Shown piece by piece: positions 27,261 to 37,722 of a stretch of DNA of 64,000 nt. Within the stretch, counting starts at the first letter, position 1, and each line of letters opens with the position of its first letter. Origin of the DNA: Patescibacteria group bacterium. Its GTDB lineage: Bacteria; Patescibacteriota; Patescibacteriia; UBA10025; JAHIVO01. The stretch covers positions 29,002-93,001 of the forward strand of contig JBMOKY010000001.1 of NCBI GenBank assembly GCA_049325535.1, read 5' to 3'. The notes beneath the pieces were generated by a model, which saw only the letters and a list, made by a program, of their open reading frames with translations, was not told where the DNA came from and made no database searches. The position numbers were made by a program, and so were the translations under genes.

Positions 27261-28646
27261 ATGAAAACATCAGCCAATGAAATTCTCGAAGCTGCCAAGG
27301 CAATCTGCGAGGAAAAGAAGATTTCCCTCGAATCGGTCATCGAAACAATCGAGGCGGCACTTGCTGTAGCCTACCGTAAGGATTTTGGCGAAAAAAATCA
27401 GAATATCAAAGTGGAATTTAATATTCAGGATGGGACCGCACGGGTATTTGACGTGAAGACTGTCGTGTCCGATGAAAAGAAAGAACTGACGGAGCAGCTA
27501 CAGGCAGAAAAACAGGTGGCGCTGGAGGCGGCCGCAGCTGCCGCTGCAGCGGGGGCAGAACCCGTCGCACCGGTCGATGAGCCTGCGGGGGACACGACCG
27601 AAGAAGAATTTGAGCGGTATAATGCCAAGACAGAGATTTCCCTCAGCGAAGCGCAGGAAATACAAAAGGGCGCGGTGGAGGGCGATGTCATCAAGACCGA
27701 ATTGCAACCCCCGGCTGCGTATGGCCGCATGGCCGCCCAAACCGCCAAACAAGTCATCATCCAGCGCCTGCGAGAAGCGGAGCGTGATATGATTTTCCGT
27801 GAATTCAAAGATAAGGAAGGCGAGGTCATCAACGGTACAGTACAGCGGATGGAAGGCCGCATCGTACTGGTTGATTTGGGGCAGACGACGGCCATTATCC
27901 CGCCTTCGGAGCAGGTGCCCCATGAGCGCTATACTCCTGGGCAGCGTCTGAAATTTTTTGTGGTGGCGGTCAATACTACCCCCAAAGGCCCAGAAATTAT
28001 TTTATCGCGCGCGCATCCGGAAATGGTACGCAAGTTATTTACTCTGGAGGTTCCGGAAATCGGCAACGGGTCGGTGGAAATAAAATCCATTGCCCGTGAG
28101 GCCGGCTCTCGAACCAAAATAGCCGTTTTTACCGATCAGAAAAATATCGATCCAGTCGGATCATGTGTCGGTCAGCGCGGCTCCCGCGTTCAGACGATTA
28201 TTTCAGAGATCGGCGGTGAGAAAATAGACATCATCGAATGGGATGAAGACTCGGTAAAATTTATCATCAATGCCCTGTCCCCGGCAAAAGTATTGAGCGT
28301 CAAACTGAATGATCAGGAGAAGACCGCAATCGCCGAGGTCAAGGAAGACCAGCTGTCTTTGGCAATCGGCAAATCAGGGCAAAATGTTCGTCTATCGGCA
28401 AAACTGACCGGGTGGAAAATTGACATCGTATCCGAATCAGGGGAAAAGGTGAGTGAAGGCTCGCATAAAAAGGCAACCGTCGCCCCGGTTGATGCTGATG
28501 CGCCGGTAGCTGCAACTCCAGCTGCTGATCCGGCCGCCGCTCCAGACGCTCCACCTGAGACACCAGCGGTTCCCTCCGCTGATACTCCCGCTCCTGAGGC
28601 TCCGGCCGAAACCCCGGCAGCCCCCGTAGACCAATCAAAAGAATAA
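27261..28646 (+). CDS. nusA: Transcription termination/antitermination factor NusA with Pro/Ala-rich tail
   Basis: GRMAAQTAKQVI.Q, LSR, EVPEI, AREAG.RTK, GSCVG.RG.R, SLAIGK.GQNVRL. Confidence 0.98.
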   Translation: MKTSANEILEAAKAICEEKKISLESVIETIEAALAVAYRKDFGEKNQNIKVEFNIQDGTARVFDVKTVVSDEKKELTEQLQAEKQVALEAAAAAAAAGAEPVAPVDEPAGDTTEEEFERYNAKTEISLSEAQEIQKGAVEGDVIKTELQPPAAYGRMAAQTAKQVIIQRLREAERDMIFREFKDKEGEVINGTVQRMEGRIVLVDLGQTTAIIPPSEQVPHERYTPGQRLKFFVVAVNTTPKGPEIILSRAHPEMVRKLFTLEVPEIGNGSVEIKSIAREAGSRTKIAVFTDQKNIDPVGSCVGQRGSRVQTIISEIGGEKIDIIEWDEDSVKFIINALSPAKVLSVKLNDQEKTAIAEVKEDQLSLAIGKSGQNVRLSAKLTGWKIDIVSESGEKVSEGSHKKATVAPVDADAPVAATPAADPAAAPDAPPETPAVPSADTPAPEAPAETPAAPVDQSKE

Positions 28647-28672
28647 TAATTAATATCAATACATAACGATAT

Positions 28673-30667
28673 ATGTCTACCGCACTTATCATTGCACTGA
28701 CCGCGGCAGTCGTGGCCATCGGCTATGGACTGTTTTTGGCTCGCTGGATCATCCGCCAGCCTGCCGGATCGGAAACGATGCAGCATATTGCTAAAGCGAT
28801 CCAGCAGGGCGCCAGCGCCTACCTCAATCGCCAATATCGCACCGTGGCTATCATCGCGGTGGTGATTTTTGGTTTGCTAACCTGGCTTTTGGATCTGGAA
28901 ACCGGCATCGGATTCATAATTGGCGCGGTATTATCCGCACTGGCCGGATATATTGGCATGAATATATCGGTACGGGCAAATGTACGGACGGCTGAAGCCG
29001 CCAAACACGGACTAGCTCCGGCGCTTGCCGTCGCCGCTAAAGGCGGTGCCGTAACTGGATTGCTCGTAGTTGGCTTGGGATTGCTGGGGGTAGCCGGATA
29101 CTATGCGCTTACCAAGGATATATCAGCCTTAGTTGGTTTGGGTTTTGGTGGCAGTTTGATTTCAATATTTGCCCGATTGGGTGGTGGTATCTACACGAAA
29201 GCGGCTGACGTTGGCGCTGACTTAGTGGGAAAAGTTGAGGCCGGTATTCCCGAGGATGACCCACGGAATCCCGCGGTGATCGCGGACAACGTGGGTGATA
29301 ATGTCGGAGATTGCGCCGGTATGGCGGCGGATTTGTTTGAAACGTATGCGGTTACGGCAGTGGCGGCCATGCTGCTCGGGTCACTGACGTTCAGTGCTTT
29401 TGACAATGCATTACTATTGCCGTTGGTTATCGGCGGACTGTCCATCATCAGCTCCATCATCGGCGTTATTTTTATTCGTCTGGGTCGCACGCACAATATT
29501 ATGGGGGCGCTCTATAAGGGCTTGGCCGTTTCCGGCATCCTTTCCGCTGTTGCATTTTATCCTTTGGTACACTGGCTGATGGATGGTAATGGCCGCTATG
29601 CGACATCCAATCTTTATTTCACCGCATTGATCGGATTGGTCGTCACCGCACTGATCGTCGTGATTACCGAGTACTATACGTCGACGAAGTACGCGCCGGT
29701 ACAATCAATCGCTAAAAGTTCAGAGACAGGGCATGGTACCAACATCATCACCGGTTTGGCGGTCAGCATGAAATCGACCGCGCTCCCGGTCGTCGTTATC
29801 GCGGCCGGAATCCTCGGCGCCTATGCGCTGGCCGACGTGTACGGCATTGCCATCGCGGTGATGAGCATGCTGTCTCTTGCTGGGATCATTGTCACCATCG
29901 ATTCGTTCGGACCGATTACAGACAATGCCGGCGGGATTGCCGAGATGTCAAAATTGCCGGAAGACGTCCGGACGGTAACCGATGCGCTCGATGCGGTCGG
30001 CAATACCACCAAAGCCATCACCAAAGGGTATGCCATCGGTTCGGCTGGATTGGCGGCGGTGGTGCTGTTTGCCTCATACATCCAGGATTTGGCGGCGCAG
30101 CACAAATTTTTCGAATTCGCCCTCGATGATCCGAAGGTGATGGTGGGGCTGTTTATCGGCGGCTTGCTCCCGTATTTTTTCGGCGCCCAAGCCATGGAAG
30201 CGGTGGGCAAGGTGGCCGGCTATGTCGTCAACGAGGTGCGGCGCCAATTCAAGGAAAAGCCGGGCATCATGCAGGGTACGGAAAAGCCTGACTATGCTCG
30301 CACCGTCGATATCGTGACTAAAGGTGCTATCAAACAGATGATCGTCCCCGCATTGACGCCGGTATTGGCCCCGATTCTGGTCGGCTGGCTTCTTGGGCCG
30401 GTGGCACTGGGTGGGCTGCTGGTCGGCAGTATCGTCACCGGAATTTTTGTGGCGATATCCATGACGACCGGTGGTGCCGCATGGGACAATGCCAAAAAAT
30501 ACATCGAAGCAGGAAATCATGGTGGCAAGGGTTCCGAAGCCCACGCAGCCGCCGTAACCGGTGACACGGTTGGCGATCCATATAAAGACACAGCCGGTCC
30601 GGCCATCAATCCGATGATCAAAATTCTCAACATCGTTGCTTTGCTGATTATTGGCATTGTCATCTAA
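28673..30667 (+). CDS. hppA: Membrane-integral pyrophosphatase, predicted K+-independent H+-pumping type
   Basis: [34 protein letters not shown] (Lys at the K+-dependence position), [10 protein letters not shown]. Confidence 0.95.
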   Translation: MSTALIIALTAAVVAIGYGLFLARWIIRQPAGSETMQHIAKAIQQGASAYLNRQYRTVAIIAVVIFGLLTWLLDLETGIGFIIGAVLSALAGYIGMNISVRANVRTAEAAKHGLAPALAVAAKGGAVTGLLVVGLGLLGVAGYYALTKDISALVGLGFGGSLISIFARLGGGIYTKAADVGADLVGKVEAGIPEDDPRNPAVIADNVGDNVGDCAGMAADLFETYAVTAVAAMLLGSLTFSAFDNALLLPLVIGGLSIISSIIGVIFIRLGRTHNIMGALYKGLAVSGILSAVAFYPLVHWLMDGNGRYATSNLYFTALIGLVVTALIVVITEYYTSTKYAPVQSIAKSSETGHGTNIITGLAVSMKSTALPVVVIAAGILGAYALADVYGIAIAVMSMLSLAGIIVTIDSFGPITDNAGGIAEMSKLPEDVRTVTDALDAVGNTTKAITKGYAIGSAGLAAVVLFASYIQDLAAQHKFFEFALDDPKVMVGLFIGGLLPYFFGAQAMEAVGKVAGYVVNEVRRQFKEKPGIMQGTEKPDYARTVDIVTKGAIKQMIVPALTPVLAPILVGWLLGPVALGGLLVGSIVTGIFVAISMTTGGAAWDNAKKYIEAGNHGGKGSEAHAAAVTGDTVGDPYKDTAGPAINPMIKILNIVALLIIGIVI

Positions 30668-30690
30668 TCATTTGTTTCGGAGGCCGGCCT

Positions 30691-31332
30691 ATGTATCGGT
30701 TCTTCTTCCGACTGTTGCGCCCACTTGGTCAGCGCGTCATCACGCCGGTGACGGGCAGGGAGAATATTCCAAAACACCCCCCGTATATTTTGGCTATGAA
30801 CCACGTGGGGTTTTTTGATGGTCCGGCCATTGCCATGACCATGCTGCCCTATCTGACTGAATCGCTTCAGTTTCTCACGCTTGATATCATGTGGCGCTTC
30901 TGGGGCGGTCCGTTTGCGACACGCTACTTTGGGATGGTACGGTTACAGCCGAATAATGTCCGTGGCTCATTGGATCGCATGATTGAACTAGTACGGGCGG
31001 GTAAGGCAGTCGGGATTTTTCCTGAAGGCGGCCGGAATACGCATCCTGACCAGCTATTGCTGGGGAAAACCGGTGCGATTCGGATGGCGCTCGCTACCGG
31101 CGCTCCGCTCATACCCGTCGGCATCCGCAACGCAATGGGCTTTTCCATGGCTAGTTCATTTGCCAGTTTTTTCCGGCCGGATCGCCACATCGCCATTCAT
31201 ATTGGCCGGCCGGTCGACCTGAGCGTTTATCGTAATCAGCCGATAACCCGTGAACTTTTGCATCGCGCCACTGATGATCTGATGCGTGCCATTGGTCGGT
31301 TAATTGGTGCCTCCATTACCCCACACACCTAG
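30691..31332 (+). CDS. PlsC-family lysophospholipid acyltransferase 1
   Basis: NHVGFFD (HxxxxD), FPEGGR, KTGA, PLIPVGI. Confidence 0.92.
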   Translation: MYRFFFRLLRPLGQRVITPVTGRENIPKHPPYILAMNHVGFFDGPAIAMTMLPYLTESLQFLTLDIMWRFWGGPFATRYFGMVRLQPNNVRGSLDRMIELVRAGKAVGIFPEGGRNTHPDQLLLGKTGAIRMALATGAPLIPVGIRNAMGFSMASSFASFFRPDRHIAIHIGRPVDLSVYRNQPITRELLHRATDDLMRAIGRLIGASITPHT

Positions 31333-31333
31333 T

Positions 31334-31996
31334 ATGTTTTATCCAATTTCACGTCGTACGCTATTTCCGCTGATCCGGTTTTTTATCAAAAAGACCATTG
31401 GTTTGGAAAATGTCCCACTCCGGGGACCGTATCTGATTGCGTGCAAACATCTGGGCCCGCTGGATGGTGTGTTTATCGGTGCCGTGCTACTGCCGTACCT
31501 CAGACAAAAAATATCCTTTATTTCTAATACGGCACCCTGGGGTTGGTTCTGGGAAAAGATTGTGGCTGAACAATGGGCAAATTGCATACCCTTCCACCGT
31601 GAAGCTCCCCATCTTTCGCTGGAGATTGCCGATGACCGCTTGAAGCAAGGCAAGATTGTCGGAATTTTTCCCGAGGGTATCATCCAGGATTATAATGAGG
31701 AGAAAATGCGAGCTAAAACCGGTACGGCGCGATTGGCGATTTGGAATCGGGTGCCGATCGTGCCCATCGGCATGGTCCACGATGTCTCTGTCCGACCCGA
31801 TTTGCCTAAATTACATCGTCGTCGTCAAGTAATTCGAAATATACTGTACAATCCTCATGCGCTGGAAATTCATATTGGCAAGCCGTTTGAATTGGCCGAG
31901 TACTACGGCCGCGAGATGACAAAAGATATGCTGATTGAAGCTACGGACATTATCATGGATCGAATTGACTCATTGACTCAAATTAATCGTAAATAA
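31334..31996 (+). CDS. PlsC-family lysophospholipid acyltransferase 2
   Basis: KHLGPLD (HxxxxD), FPEG, KTGTARLA, PIVPIG. Confidence 0.9.
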   Translation: MFYPISRRTLFPLIRFFIKKTIGLENVPLRGPYLIACKHLGPLDGVFIGAVLLPYLRQKISFISNTAPWGWFWEKIVAEQWANCIPFHREAPHLSLEIADDRLKQGKIVGIFPEGIIQDYNEEKMRAKTGTARLAIWNRVPIVPIGMVHDVSVRPDLPKLHRRRQVIRNILYNPHALEIHIGKPFELAEYYGREMTKDMLIEATDIIMDRIDSLTQINRK

Positions 31997-32009
31997 TAAC
32001 CAAACCATT

Positions 32010-33467
32010 ATGTCATACCTTTGGGATCGTATTACTCATATGTCGCCGGATGAGCAGCGGGCGCTGCAAAATAAGCGCATCGCACATTTTTTCCGGCACG
32101 AATTGCCGTACTCCCCTTTTTATCGGGCATTATTTGAAAAACACGGCATTGATTTTAAATCTATTCGTACGGTTGATGACGTGCAAAGAATTCCCTTCAC
32201 CACCAAGGCGGACATCGCCCCCACTCCTGACGATAAGGCAAAACCACGCACGTTCATGCTGCAGCCCGATGAGCATTTGATCAAGAAATATGCCCCGGCA
32301 TCCCTGCTGGCGAAGGTCATCTGGGGGAAGATTACTCGCCGAGATGTGAAACGGATGCTGGAGCGTCTCTACAAGCCGATCCACCTGCACTTCACCACCG
32401 GCCGCAGTGCTTTGCCAACGGCATTTGGCTACACTGAATCCGACATTGAGATTCTCAAGGAAGCCGGCGAACGGATGTTTAGCGTGGCCAATGTGTCACG
32501 TGATAAGGTGGCTATCAATGCATTCCCCTACGCTCCCCACCTCGCCTTTTGGCAAGCATACAACGCTTTGGTTCAGCTCGGTATTACTTCCCTGCAGACC
32601 GGCGGCGGAAAAGTCATGGGCTCGCAGAAAATTATGGACGCGCTGGAAGGAATGAAAGCCGGGCTCTTCATCTGCATTCCCGGATATGGGTATCATCTGT
32701 TGCGCGAGGCAGTGAAACAAAAGCGAAATTTTTCAGGACTCGAAACATTCATCACCGGCGGCGAGCGAGCGAGCGAAGGTATGCGGGTAAAAGTAAAATC
32801 CCTGCTGGCCCAGCTGGGCGCCCCGAATGTTCGTTTCTTAAGCACGTATGCTTTTACCGAAGCTAAGACCGCCTGGATCCAGTGCCACGAAAAATCGGGG
32901 TATCACCTGTATCCCGATTTGGGATATTTTGAGGTGATTGATAAAGACGGGAAACGAGTACCCGATGGCCAGCCGGGGGAATTGGTCTACACCAGTATTG
33001 GCTGGCGCGGATCAGTCGTGGTGCGGTATCGCACGGGCGACATGACCACGGGTATTGAGTACAGTCCCTGCCAGTACTGTGGGCGGACGGTTCCACGCAT
33101 CGGAGTTGATTTGCAGCGCACTACTGAAATCAAAGAATTTCATCTCACGAAGGTGAAAGGTGAATTAGTCAATCTGAATGATTTTTATCCTCTGCTATCC
33201 GGTTTGCCCGAAGTGGAAGAGTGGCAGGTGGAGATTTCCAAGAAAGACAATGACCCCCATGGGCTCGATGAAATCACGATTTACCTGGCGCCAAAAACAG
33301 GCGTTGACTTTGCTCAACTAGAGCGTACGGTCAATAAACTGGTGCACAATCAAATCTTTGTGACCGCCGCTATCCGTCAGAAGCCGCTTGATGAGTTGCT
33401 TCGCATGCTGGGTATGGAGACAGAATTAAAAGAAAAACGCATTGTCGACAATCGGCCAAAAGATTAG
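32010..33467 (+). CDS. Adenylate-forming ligase, PaaK/F390-synthetase-like family
   Basis: SPFYR..F, IPFTTKAD, HFTTGRS, GGE, YAFTE, GELVYT, RYRTGD, KVKGELV. Confidence 0.85.
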   Translation: MSYLWDRITHMSPDEQRALQNKRIAHFFRHELPYSPFYRALFEKHGIDFKSIRTVDDVQRIPFTTKADIAPTPDDKAKPRTFMLQPDEHLIKKYAPASLLAKVIWGKITRRDVKRMLERLYKPIHLHFTTGRSALPTAFGYTESDIEILKEAGERMFSVANVSRDKVAINAFPYAPHLAFWQAYNALVQLGITSLQTGGGKVMGSQKIMDALEGMKAGLFICIPGYGYHLLREAVKQKRNFSGLETFITGGERASEGMRVKVKSLLAQLGAPNVRFLSTYAFTEAKTAWIQCHEKSGYHLYPDLGYFEVIDKDGKRVPDGQPGELVYTSIGWRGSVVVRYRTGDMTTGIEYSPCQYCGRTVPRIGVDLQRTTEIKEFHLTKVKGELVNLNDFYPLLSGLPEVEEWQVEISKKDNDPHGLDEITIYLAPKTGVDFAQLERTVNKLVHNQIFVTAAIRQKPLDELLRMLGMETELKEKRIVDNRPKD

Positions 33468-34368
33468 TCAACCGCCACAGCGTGACATTGTTCTGGCATT
33501 TTCCGGTGGCGTGATGCAGGGCGTATTTGGCGCCGGGGTAGCAACCGCACTACAGGAGGCAAATCTGTATCCGCGCATCCATAGTGTGTATAGTTCGTCG
33601 GCCGGTGCTCACAATGCGGCGTATTTTTTGTCCCGACAGACACGACTCGGATCGTCAATTTATTATGAGGATTTGACCGGTCGTCAGTTCATCCATGTGG
33701 AGCGGTTGTGGCGATTTATCGGAGGTTGCGTGCGGCGGCTATGGGATCGGCGCGCCCCGATTCGTGCGCTGGCTGATTTAGATTACCTCATCACTGAGGT
33801 GGAACAGAAGCGAAAGCCGCTCGATATCGCGGCTATTGTTCGCCAGCCGATTCACTGGTGGGTGCACGGATATGATATTTCACGCCATAGCTGGACCTGG
33901 CTGGATGGCAAACGGGACACCTGGGCCACTCTCAAGGCGACCGCCACAGCGACGCCATACTATCCCCAGAGCGTGCCGTGTCAGGGGCGTTCAATTATTG
34001 ACGGCAGCGTCATTCGGAGCACACGGATGCTCGATGTGGCCCGGGACCATCCGGATAAAATTATACTATACATTCGCAATCGCCGTCGGACTCGGTGGGG
34101 CGTCGTCAGAGAGCTTCCGGGTCGCCTCCTTGATTCGATATTGGCAGCGATCATACACAATTGGCGAGTGGGTTGGGCGTTATGGATGACTGCTTTTGAC
34201 TTCCCCTTGCGTCGGCGGATAGAGGTCCTATCCAATGTCATCCTGATAGAAAATCAGCTGGGGTCAAATGCCATCGAGACGGATGCACAGGAGCTGCGCC
34301 GCATATATGCGCATGGGATCGCGGCCGGCCAGGCCGCACTGCAGCAATTATCTCGTTTCACATTTTGA
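33442..34368 (+). CDS. Patatin-like phospholipase
   Basis: SGGVMQG oxyanion loop, SSSAG nucleophile elbow (GxSxG variant), IDGS; start codon uncertain. Confidence 0.85.
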   Translation: MSTIGQKISQPPQRDIVLAFSGGVMQGVFGAGVATALQEANLYPRIHSVYSSSAGAHNAAYFLSRQTRLGSSIYYEDLTGRQFIHVERLWRFIGGCVRRLWDRRAPIRALADLDYLITEVEQKRKPLDIAAIVRQPIHWWVHGYDISRHSWTWLDGKRDTWATLKATATATPYYPQSVPCQGRSIIDGSVIRSTRMLDVARDHPDKIILYIRNRRRTRWGVVRELPGRLLDSILAAIIHNWRVGWALWMTAFDFPLRRRIEVLSNVILIENQLGSNAIETDAQELRRIYAHGIAAGQAALQQLSRFTF

Positions 34369-34425
34369 AATACCGGATAAACCTGATACAATGACGCTAC
34401 CATCGCGTCATTTTTTGCGTATCGT

Positions 34426-34968
34426 ATGTGGCTTTCTCTCATCCAAATCATCTGGTTTTTCTTTCCCGCAGGGGTAGCCAATATGGGTGCATCCATGTCC
34501 CGGTTTTTACCGGTACCGGCCCTGCCCGTCGATGCCGGCCGCACGTGGCGCGGAAAGCGTATCCTCGGTGACCATAAGACCTGGCGGGGCGTCATCACAG
34601 GTTTGATTGCCGGCACACTATTTTATTACCTCCAGCGGTGGTTATATCTGGCGTATGACTGGGCGCGGGAAATCAGCTTTATCGATTATGCCGATATGTC
34701 CATCTGGTTTCCTGTGCTTTTGGGGGCTGGCGCACTTATCGGTGATATGGTAAAAAGTATTGCCAAGCGGCAGTTCGGTATCGCGCCCGGGATATCCTGG
34801 ATGCCGTTTGACCAGATCGACTATGTGCTCGGGGCAGCTGCTCTGGTCAGTATCATTACGTTTCCCGGTTGGGGACGTATTGGTATAGCTATCGCGCTTG
34901 GTTTCACCTTTCACATCTTAGTTAATCGTATCGCCTACTTACTTCGTATCCAAAGAAATACATTATGA
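34426..34968 (+). CDS. CDP-archaeol synthase (CarS/DUF46)-family cytidylyltransferase
   Basis: PAGVANM, PVDAG, RILGDHKTWRG, GALIGD..KS..KR..GI.PG, PFDQID. Confidence 0.88.
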   Translation: MWLSLIQIIWFFFPAGVANMGASMSRFLPVPALPVDAGRTWRGKRILGDHKTWRGVITGLIAGTLFYYLQRWLYLAYDWAREISFIDYADMSIWFPVLLGAGALIGDMVKSIAKRQFGIAPGISWMPFDQIDYVLGAAALVSIITFPGWGRIGIAIALGFTFHILVNRIAYLLRIQRNTL

Positions 34969-36248
34969 ACGTTACCGTTACCAAACAACCAAAAAGTATG
35001 ATCCAGCTGACCGTAACCATAGAACCAGATGAACTGCAGTCCTATGTGGAGCGGGCTATTAGTGAGCTGGGGAAGTCGATGCGGATTGCCGGATTTCGGC
35101 CGGGAAAAGCACCTCGAGAATTGATTATTCGCGAGGCTGGGCAGATGAAATTGTATCAGCAGGCAGCAGAGTCGGCGGTGGAAAAAACCTATCCAGAGGC
35201 CGTCGTGCAGCATAATCTGCAGACGATCGGCATGCCGCAAGTATCGGTAGAAAAATTGGCTCCGGGGAACCCGCTCGTGTATACTGCCACCGTTGCCCTG
35301 TTACCCCAGGTGAAACTCGGGAATTACAAAAAAATCGTCGAAGAAAAAAAATCGGTGGCCGTCACGTCCGATGAAGTGGATGCTACCATCGGAAATTTAC
35401 GGCGCATGTTTGGTAAGGAAGTAAAGGTGGATCGTCCGGCGCGGCAACAGGATAAGGTTGAAATCGACATGGAAACGTTCATGGACAATGTGCCGCTGGA
35501 TGGCGGAGCCAGTAAAAAACAACCGATCGTCATCGGTGAGGGACATTTTATTCCGGGGTTTGAGGATGCGTTGATCGGTTTGGCCGCAGGCGTGAAGAAA
35601 GACTTGACCCTCCATTTCCCCAAGGAATACCATCGCAAAGATTTGGCGGGCAAACCAGCGACGTTCCGCGTGGCGGTCAGTGCCGTATATGAAATTACTC
35701 TGCCGCCGCTTGATGACACTTTCGCCAAGCAGGTGGGCGCTTTTGAAACACTCGACGCGTTGCGCCAGCAGATAGAAAAAAATATCCACGAGGAAAAAAC
35801 CAGCAAAGAACGGCAGCGCTGGGAACTGGCGGTAATCGATCGGATCGTCGGCACATCAACCTTTGATGAGATTCCTGATATCCTGGTGGATAATGAGTTG
35901 CACAAGATGCTGCATGAGTTGGAGCACGAAGTCACCAATCAGGGTATGAAATTTGACGACTATCTGGCCAGCATCAAGAAAACGCGAGACGAATTAAGCG
36001 TAGAGTTTCGCCCTCGGGCGGTTAAACGTGTACAGACAGCGCTGGCGCTGCGCGCTATTGCTCGTGCGGAGAATATTACGGTAGCTGATTCCGAGCTGAA
36101 TCAACAGATTGACGAGGAGCGCAAACAGTATGCCCAGAATCCGGAAATTATCAAGCAAATAAACTCATCGGAATATCGAGACTATCTGCATAATGTAATG
36201 CGCAGCCGCAAGGTTTTTGATTTTTTTGAGGAATTGAGCAGGAAATAA
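34965..36248 (+). CDS. tig: Trigger factor
   Basis: GFRPGKAP ribosome-binding motif, FIPGFED.LIG, FPKEYH..DLAGK. Confidence 0.97.
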   Translation: MNVTVTKQPKSMIQLTVTIEPDELQSYVERAISELGKSMRIAGFRPGKAPRELIIREAGQMKLYQQAAESAVEKTYPEAVVQHNLQTIGMPQVSVEKLAPGNPLVYTATVALLPQVKLGNYKKIVEEKKSVAVTSDEVDATIGNLRRMFGKEVKVDRPARQQDKVEIDMETFMDNVPLDGGASKKQPIVIGEGHFIPGFEDALIGLAAGVKKDLTLHFPKEYHRKDLAGKPATFRVAVSAVYEITLPPLDDTFAKQVGAFETLDALRQQIEKNIHEEKTSKERQRWELAVIDRIVGTSTFDEIPDILVDNELHKMLHELEHEVTNQGMKFDDYLASIKKTRDELSVEFRPRAVKRVQTALALRAIARAENITVADSELNQQIDEERKQYAQNPEIIKQINSSEYRDYLHNVMRSRKVFDFFEELSRK

Positions 36249-36250
36249 TT

Positions 36251-37081
36251 ATGCTATTCGGCGCGCATGTCTCAATTGCCGGCGGGGTATGGAATGCGCC
36301 GCTCAATGCCGCGGCGGAACATTTGGAGTGTTTTCAGATGTTCACTCGGTCGCCTCGGGGCGGAGCGGCAGCTGCATTGACTCTGAGCAGTATCGCCGCG
36401 TTCAAAGAAAACTGTGCGGCGCACGCATTGCGCCGGTGCTACGTCCATGCGCCGTACTATATCAATTTTGCCTCGTCTAACACCCGGGTTCGTCAGGGAT
36501 CAATCACCGTCATTCGTGAGGAGCTGGAGCGTGCCTCAGCCTTGGGCGTGACCGCGCTGATGACTCACTTGGGGTCAGCCAAGGATGTTGGCTCGGCAAA
36601 GGCACTGGAAATGACTATTGCTGGATTGCAGAAGGCACTGGACGGGTATTCAGGAACATGCCAATTCCTCATAGAAAATGCAGCCGGAGCCGGGCAGGTG
36701 ATTGGCGATCGGTTTGAGGAACTGCAGAGCATTATTGATGCGCTGCCGGAGACGGTTGGCATTTGTTTTGATACCTGCCATGCATTTGCTTCCGGATATG
36801 ATCTCCGCTCGAAGCAAACGGTAGATGCAACTCTGAAGGAGTTTGATGCGCACATCGGCCTGGGTCGGCTGACGATTATCCACGCCAATGACAGTCAGGG
36901 CGAGCTCGGTTCGAAAAAAGACCGGCACGAACATATCGGCCAGGGGCAGATCGGGATGGCGGGATGGAAAGCGCTGGTTAGCCATCCGAAATTACAGCGA
37001 GTCGATTTCATACTGGAGACTCCGCCGGGCGATGCACGGGATCATGATCTGACAACATTACTAGCGCTCCGTAAAGTATGA
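36251..37081 (+). CDS. nfo: Endonuclease IV
   Basis: GAHVSIAGG, HAPYYIN, H.GS, IEN.AG, CFDTCH.FA.GYD, HANDS, DRHEHIG, ILETP. Confidence 0.97.
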   Translation: MLFGAHVSIAGGVWNAPLNAAAEHLECFQMFTRSPRGGAAAALTLSSIAAFKENCAAHALRRCYVHAPYYINFASSNTRVRQGSITVIREELERASALGVTALMTHLGSAKDVGSAKALEMTIAGLQKALDGYSGTCQFLIENAAGAGQVIGDRFEELQSIIDALPETVGICFDTCHAFASGYDLRSKQTVDATLKEFDAHIGLGRLTIIHANDSQGELGSKKDRHEHIGQGQIGMAGWKALVSHPKLQRVDFILETPPGDARDHDLTTLLALRKV

Positions 37082-37722
37082 AAAGCGGCTGGGCGACACT
37101 TCGCGCGTTTGTCCTCTGGTTGATCCTCATCGGCCTGGGCGTGGTTCTCGTGGCCATGTACACGCAATTTAATTATTGGTTGGTCCGCCCGCTGGTACGT
37201 GATGAAGCGCCGGAACGTGTCGATGCGATTATCGTGCTCGGGGGCGGCGTGATTCGCGGTACTGACACCAATTTTTTACCCTATGGACCGCAGGAGCGCG
37301 TCCAGCGGGGTGTCGAGCTGTATCGGGCCGGGTATGCCGATCGGGTGATCATGACCGGTGGACAGGTCGAGGGCGAGACATACACTGAGAGTCAGTACAT
37401 GAAAGCGTATGCCGAAGTATTGGGCGTACCATCCGAGAATATCATCGAGGATCCGTATGCTCATGATACCAGTGAAAATGCGTATTTTTCTTTGCGGATC
37501 ATGAGCGATCGTCACTGGAAAACGGCGATTGTGGTTACCTCATATTTCCATACGCATCGCGCCTGTGCTGTTTTCGAAAAACAGGACGCGGACATCACCT
37601 GTGTGGCCGCCTGGCCGAACGAGGATTTCCGTCGCGACCCGTTCCGCAATCTCATCGAGTTTCGCTCCATCCTACGGGATTATCTGGCGACCGTGTATTA
37701 TTATATGGGAAATAAATTATAA
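37078..37722 (+). CDS. YdcF/ElyC (DUF218) family protein
   Basis: N-terminal TM, DAIIVLGGG, TGG, ES..M, T.ENA, VTS.FH..RA. Confidence 0.92.
   Translation: MKSGWATLRAFVLWLILIGLGVVLVAMYTQFNYWLVRPLVRDEAPERVDAIIVLGGGVIRGTDTNFLPYGPQERVQRGVELYRAGYADRVIMTGGQVEGETYTESQYMKAYAEVLGVPSENIIEDPYAHDTSENAYFSLRIMSDRHWKTAIVVTSYFHTHRACAVFEKQDADITCVAAWPNEDFRRDPFRNLIEFRSILRDYLATVYYYMGNKL

Noticed and set aside
28470-28646. Pro/Ala-rich repeats at the NusA C-terminus (also the S16 tail and the acidic loop in SMC)
   Set aside because: Low-complexity disordered extensions, not a distinct DNA repeat element.
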